This document shows, in pieces, positions 63,239 through 64,000 of a DNA stretch of 64,000 bases (positions are counted from its first letter, which is position 1; each line of letters starts with the position of its first letter). The position numbers and the translations under genes are program-made. Source of the DNA: Octopus bimaculoides (lineage: Eukaryota); contig NC_069007.1 of NCBI RefSeq assembly GCF_001194135.2, positions 2,257,513 through 2,321,512 on the forward strand. Reading direction: 5' to 3'. Below the pieces are notes generated by a model that did no database searches, was not told the DNA's origin, and worked only from the letters and a program-made list of their open reading frames with translations.

Positions 63239-63765
63239 AATTTATATATATANNNNNNNNNNNNNNNNNNNNNNNNNNNNNNNNNNNNNNNNNNNNNNNN
63301 NNNNNNNNNNNNNNNNNNNNNNNNNNNNNNNNNNNNNNNNNNNNNNNNNNNNNNNNNNNNNNNNNNNNNNNNNNNNNNNNNNNNNNNNNNNNNNNNNNNN
63401 NNNNNNNNNNNNNNNNNNNNNNNNNNNNNNNNNNNNNNNNNNNNNNNNNNNNNNNNNNNNNNNNNNNNNNNNNNNNNNNNNNNNNNNNNNNNNNNNNNNN
63501 NNNNNNNNNNNNNNNNNNNNNNNNNNNNNNNNNNNNNNNNNNNNNNNNNNNNNNNNNNNNNNNNNNNNNNNNNNNNNNNNNNNNNNNNNNNNNNNNNNNN
63601 NNNNNNNNNNNNNNNNNNNNNNNNNNNNNNNNNNNNNNNNNNNNNNNNNNNNNNNNNNNNNNNNNNNNNNNNNNNNNNNNNNNNNNNNNNNNNNNNNNNN
63701 NNNNNNNNNNNNNNNNNNNNNNNNNNNNNNNNNNNNNNNNNNNNNNNNNNNNNNNNNNNNNNNNN

Positions 63766-63821
<56 letters not shown>

Positions 63822-64000
63822 GTCCATATATTCATAAATATATATATGTATGCATATCACATAATGAATGAGTAATAATGTTGTACCCTTTGAGGAAGTT
63901 AATAATTCCACGAGTCGCAGAAAGAAAGAAAAAAATGAAACGTAACAAGCTCGACGAATATTCTGACAGGTGTTAAACGAAGGAAATGGACTAACTCGGT

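Overview
AT-rich, microsatellite-saturated eukaryotic DNA from a draft assembly, with many N gaps that mostly abut (TA)n/(GA)n runs. The SINE families look by eye like those of an octopod cephalopod, probably an Octopus draft genome; this is inference, not a database result. I could not identify any host protein-coding gene, true tRNA/rRNA gene or CRISPR array, so the window reads as intergenic or deep intronic. It contains: (i) dozens of tRNA-derived SINE copies in at least four families (Nin/Deu-domain-like, CORE-like with an internal microsatellite, and two with a shared 3' tail); (ii) decayed retroelement fragments (RTE, CR1-type x2, R4/Dong-type, Penelope-like RT); (iii) DNA-transposon derivatives (a mirror-image mariner MITE, a GG-ended MITE with an 8-bp TSD nested in a SINE, possible Tc1 and piggyBac relics). 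The most interesting signal is a set of minimal type I hammerhead-ribozyme motifs in two short non-autonomous repeat families. One family is a tRNA head plus hammerhead with a 5' fold-back (39.1-39.4 kb). The other has a non-canonical U3 core, and its two copies show compensatory stem II changes (23.2 kb and 51.2 kb). A Penelope-like RT relic lies in the same window. A locally templated complex rearrangement lies at 52.6-52.9 kb and a repeat-free, CpG-rich, promoter-like island at 33.1-33.9 kb. All family assignments are by eye, and repeat boundaries are approximate (about +/-10-20 bp) unless a TSD or TIR is quoted.
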